The notes below the pieces were generated by a model that saw nothing but the letters and a program-made list of their open reading frames with translations, ran no database searches and was not told where the DNA came from. DNA of 62,071 nt, counting the filler, from Stramenopiles sp. TOSAG23-6 (Eukaryota), in assembly GCA_900128565.1 (NCBI GenBank). It is 3 parts of 3 records of this genome, joined end to end, with 100 filler letters (N's around TTAATTAATTAA, not from the genome) between each part and the next. Parts side by side here need not be neighbours in the genome. Positions count along the whole stretch, not along the records: positions 41,499 to 62,071 come from LT636036.1; 2 more parts are not named here. One strand, given 5' to 3'. Shown one piece after another: positions 59,976-62,071 of this stretch; the stretch's first letter is position 1; every line of letters begins with the position of its first letter. Both the position numbers and the translations under genes were made by a program.

Positions 59976-60695
59976 ATGGGCGAGATGAATTTAGAGGAGG
60001 AAGTAGTAGACCGAAAGATGGAGTTAAATCGAATTGGAATACGTACGTTTGTACAGAGACCCGGAATTGCAACACACCATTCGTACATAGTTGGGTGTGA
60101 CACTTTTGGTTTGAGTGAACGATTACAAGAGCAAGTTGTTGACGATGAATTAACGTTGAGAAAGTTCCGAGCAGATTTAGAAATATTAAAAGTTAATGGA
60201 ATGTGCCGGCGACCACCAATATTTTGTGAGATTTTAAGTCTTATGCAGATGGCACCAAATCCTTTTATGTATCCAGATAAACGGAAGTATACAGAATATC
60301 GCCTTGGTGTCGTTGCATGTAGCGACCCATCTGCGTTTGACCTTCCTTATATTATTCCTAAGCACTTGGAAGCAACACTTAAATGCCTGGAGCTCCCAAG
60401 AGTACATTCTTACCCCACAATAGTAGTAGTACCAATCACGCAGGTGAGTCCAATGACAGATCAGGTAAAAGGTTGGAAGGAGCGTAATCTTGAAATCTAT
60501 CACTTTGAATATCCTCCAAAGGAAGCGGCTAAAACCCAGTTGGAGATAGAGTTAGAAGCAGAAGACGCCGAATTAGAAAAAGAAGAAGCCGAGGCAAAAG
60601 CAAAAGCAGCAGAGGAACGTAAAAGAAAGGCAGAAAGACAAAAGCAAGCAAAATTGAAACGTCTGCAGAAACAACTTAGAAATCGAAAACGATAA
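59976..60695 (+). CDS. Hypothetical protein with C-terminal charged helix
   Basis: 239-aa ATG-initiated ORF with no recognised domain. Confidence 0.6.
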   Translation: MGEMNLEEEVVDRKMELNRIGIRTFVQRPGIATHHSYIVGCDTFGLSERLQEQVVDDELTLRKFRADLEILKVNGMCRRPPIFCEILSLMQMAPNPFMYPDKRKYTEYRLGVVACSDPSAFDLPYIIPKHLEATLKCLELPRVHSYPTIVVVPITQVSPMTDQVKGWKERNLEIYHFEYPPKEAAKTQLEIELEAEDAELEKEEAEAKAKAAEERKRKAERQKQAKLKRLQKQLRNRKR

Positions 60696-60723
60696 ATATT
60701 ATTAAAGTATTATTAAATTTTTT

Positions 60724-62071
60724 TTATATGAAATCATATGAATAATCTGAGCCACTACGACTACTATAGCTATATTCTCCATCACTATAGCTATACTCAT
60801 CATCATTTCCATAATTTATTTCCGAATGCCCCCGACGACTCATATTACGCATAATTTGAAATTTACTTGGTCTACTATTTTTTGACACAGCCTTTATATT
60901 TTGTGTGATAGCTTGAGCCCAATCTTTGAGATATTTTTTTCGTCTCCTAGAAGAAACATTTTTTGGAGCTGAAAATTCATAACATTTTCCATCTTTATGA
61001 CTTTTGATTGTTTGTAATTTGAAACCACTCTTTACCATTTTAATAGAAGCTCCCTCTAAAGGAATATAACCAACAAAGCTACCATCGGACATACTTGGGC
61101 CTTTATAGTAATACAATTCATCTCGATCTAAACTAAAGAATGTTTTGTGAAAAAATATTTTTTTTTACCGAAAAAAAAAATCGTTAGGTACAAAATTTCG
61201 TATGAAAATAAATAAGTTTGAAATTCATGATGAAAACGTACATCTTCTTTTCCCGAATAACCCACCATCTTTATGAAGCCATCCTGAGTGTGTCGTATAA
61301 CCCTCTTCCATACTTTTTGATAAGTCTTCAAATTGTTCGCCTAAAATAACATTGAAATGCGAGATAAACAGTTCTACAAGATCAAGCCATTCCTCATTCT
61401 CCATCATACGATTCTGCAATTGGATTGAAGTTTTTTTATCATTTGAGGATTGTTTTATTTTTTTCCGATTGGGAGGCCATAAATCAATTCCTACATGATG
61501 AGCAAGATTTTTTGCTTGACCGCCACCCATTGATACTAATTTGTGCAAGAAGTGTAAAAGAATCATCAAATCTCGGGCCAAGTATATCCGTGTTTTTCTT
61601 ATGTTTTCTCCCACTTGTTGAGCAATTTCATCTGTTGAAAGAGGGAAAGCGCGTGCCTTACGAAGTGCTTTCAATAAAGAAACATAAGAGTTCATAGGTA
61701 CTAATAACTCATTTTGTTTCAATAATTGCACCAAATGAACTTTTATGAGCCCTGAGATGAGATGTACGGGTTGCGCAGGTAGTATAATCTCATGTAATTG
61801 GACAGAGTCGGCACACATGACATCTGAATAAATCGCCGTCGCTCCTTGAATATCAGATTCCTCAAAAAGATCTACATCAAAATGTCCAACACGCATTACG
61901 CGATGAAGGTAACTAAGGACACCTGTAAACCCACTTTCATTTTTCCCAAAGAGTCCACCATTATTGTTTAGTTTTATAGTATTGGATGTATTTTTATGAA
62001 TTTTATTGGTATGATATGTATTTTGACCATGACTACTTCTATGTTTTTCGTGGTCACTAGAACTACAACTA
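60724..62071 (-). CDS. Degenerate RhoGAP-like plus PH-domain protein; exons 62071-61242 and 61139-60724
   Basis: VHLISGLIK…LLVP…LLHFLHKLV…KNLA is RhoGAP-like; the spliced HSGWLHKDGGLFGKRRFFSLDRDELYYYK…GYIPL…WAQAI is a PH domain. Confidence 0.72.
61140..61241 (-). mobile_element. Introner-like GT-AT intron (102 nt, phase 1)
   Basis: AT|GTACGTTTTCATCATGAATTTC…CATACGAAATTTTGTACCTAAC…TTCACAAAACAT|TC; joins KRR F FSL. Confidence 0.87.

Noticed and set aside
56847-62071. 55-bp inverted repeats (56847-56901 and 62017-62071) and overlapping antisense ORFs at 56683-57066
   Set aside because: A chimeric inversion junction at 56901/56902 splits the RhoGAP-PH gene and truncates the Sushi-repeat gene. 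The ORF overlap is read-through across that junction.

Overview
AT-rich, gene-dense eukaryotic (protist-like) DNA. It is three ~20.6-kb contigs (1-20676, 20777-41398, 41499-62071) joined by artificial N44-TTAATTAATTAA-N44 linkers, and it carries inversion-chimera artefacts typical of amplified single-cell DNA. Recognisable genes: PRP8, DDX52/ROK1, a TTL-family ligase, the C-terminal part of an ABCB transporter, the N-terminus of VPS11, an F-BAR protein, an F-box/JmjC protein, a kinesin, a RhoGAP-PH protein and large Cys-rich extracellular proteins. The main discovery is that every intron I can detect (16 copies, 13 complete) belongs to one ~100-nt introner-like repeat family. Typical copies have a GTAYGT donor, a palindromic hairpin abutting a CCTAAC branch motif, and a non-AG acceptor (…AATAC|AT; also TT, AA, GC). 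Removing GT…AT restores conserved protein motifs such as GKST|V, IDG|VD and TTI|VIAHRL. The intronless PRP8 in the same window appears to carry substitutions at normally conserved motifs, making it a candidate co-adapted spliceosome component.
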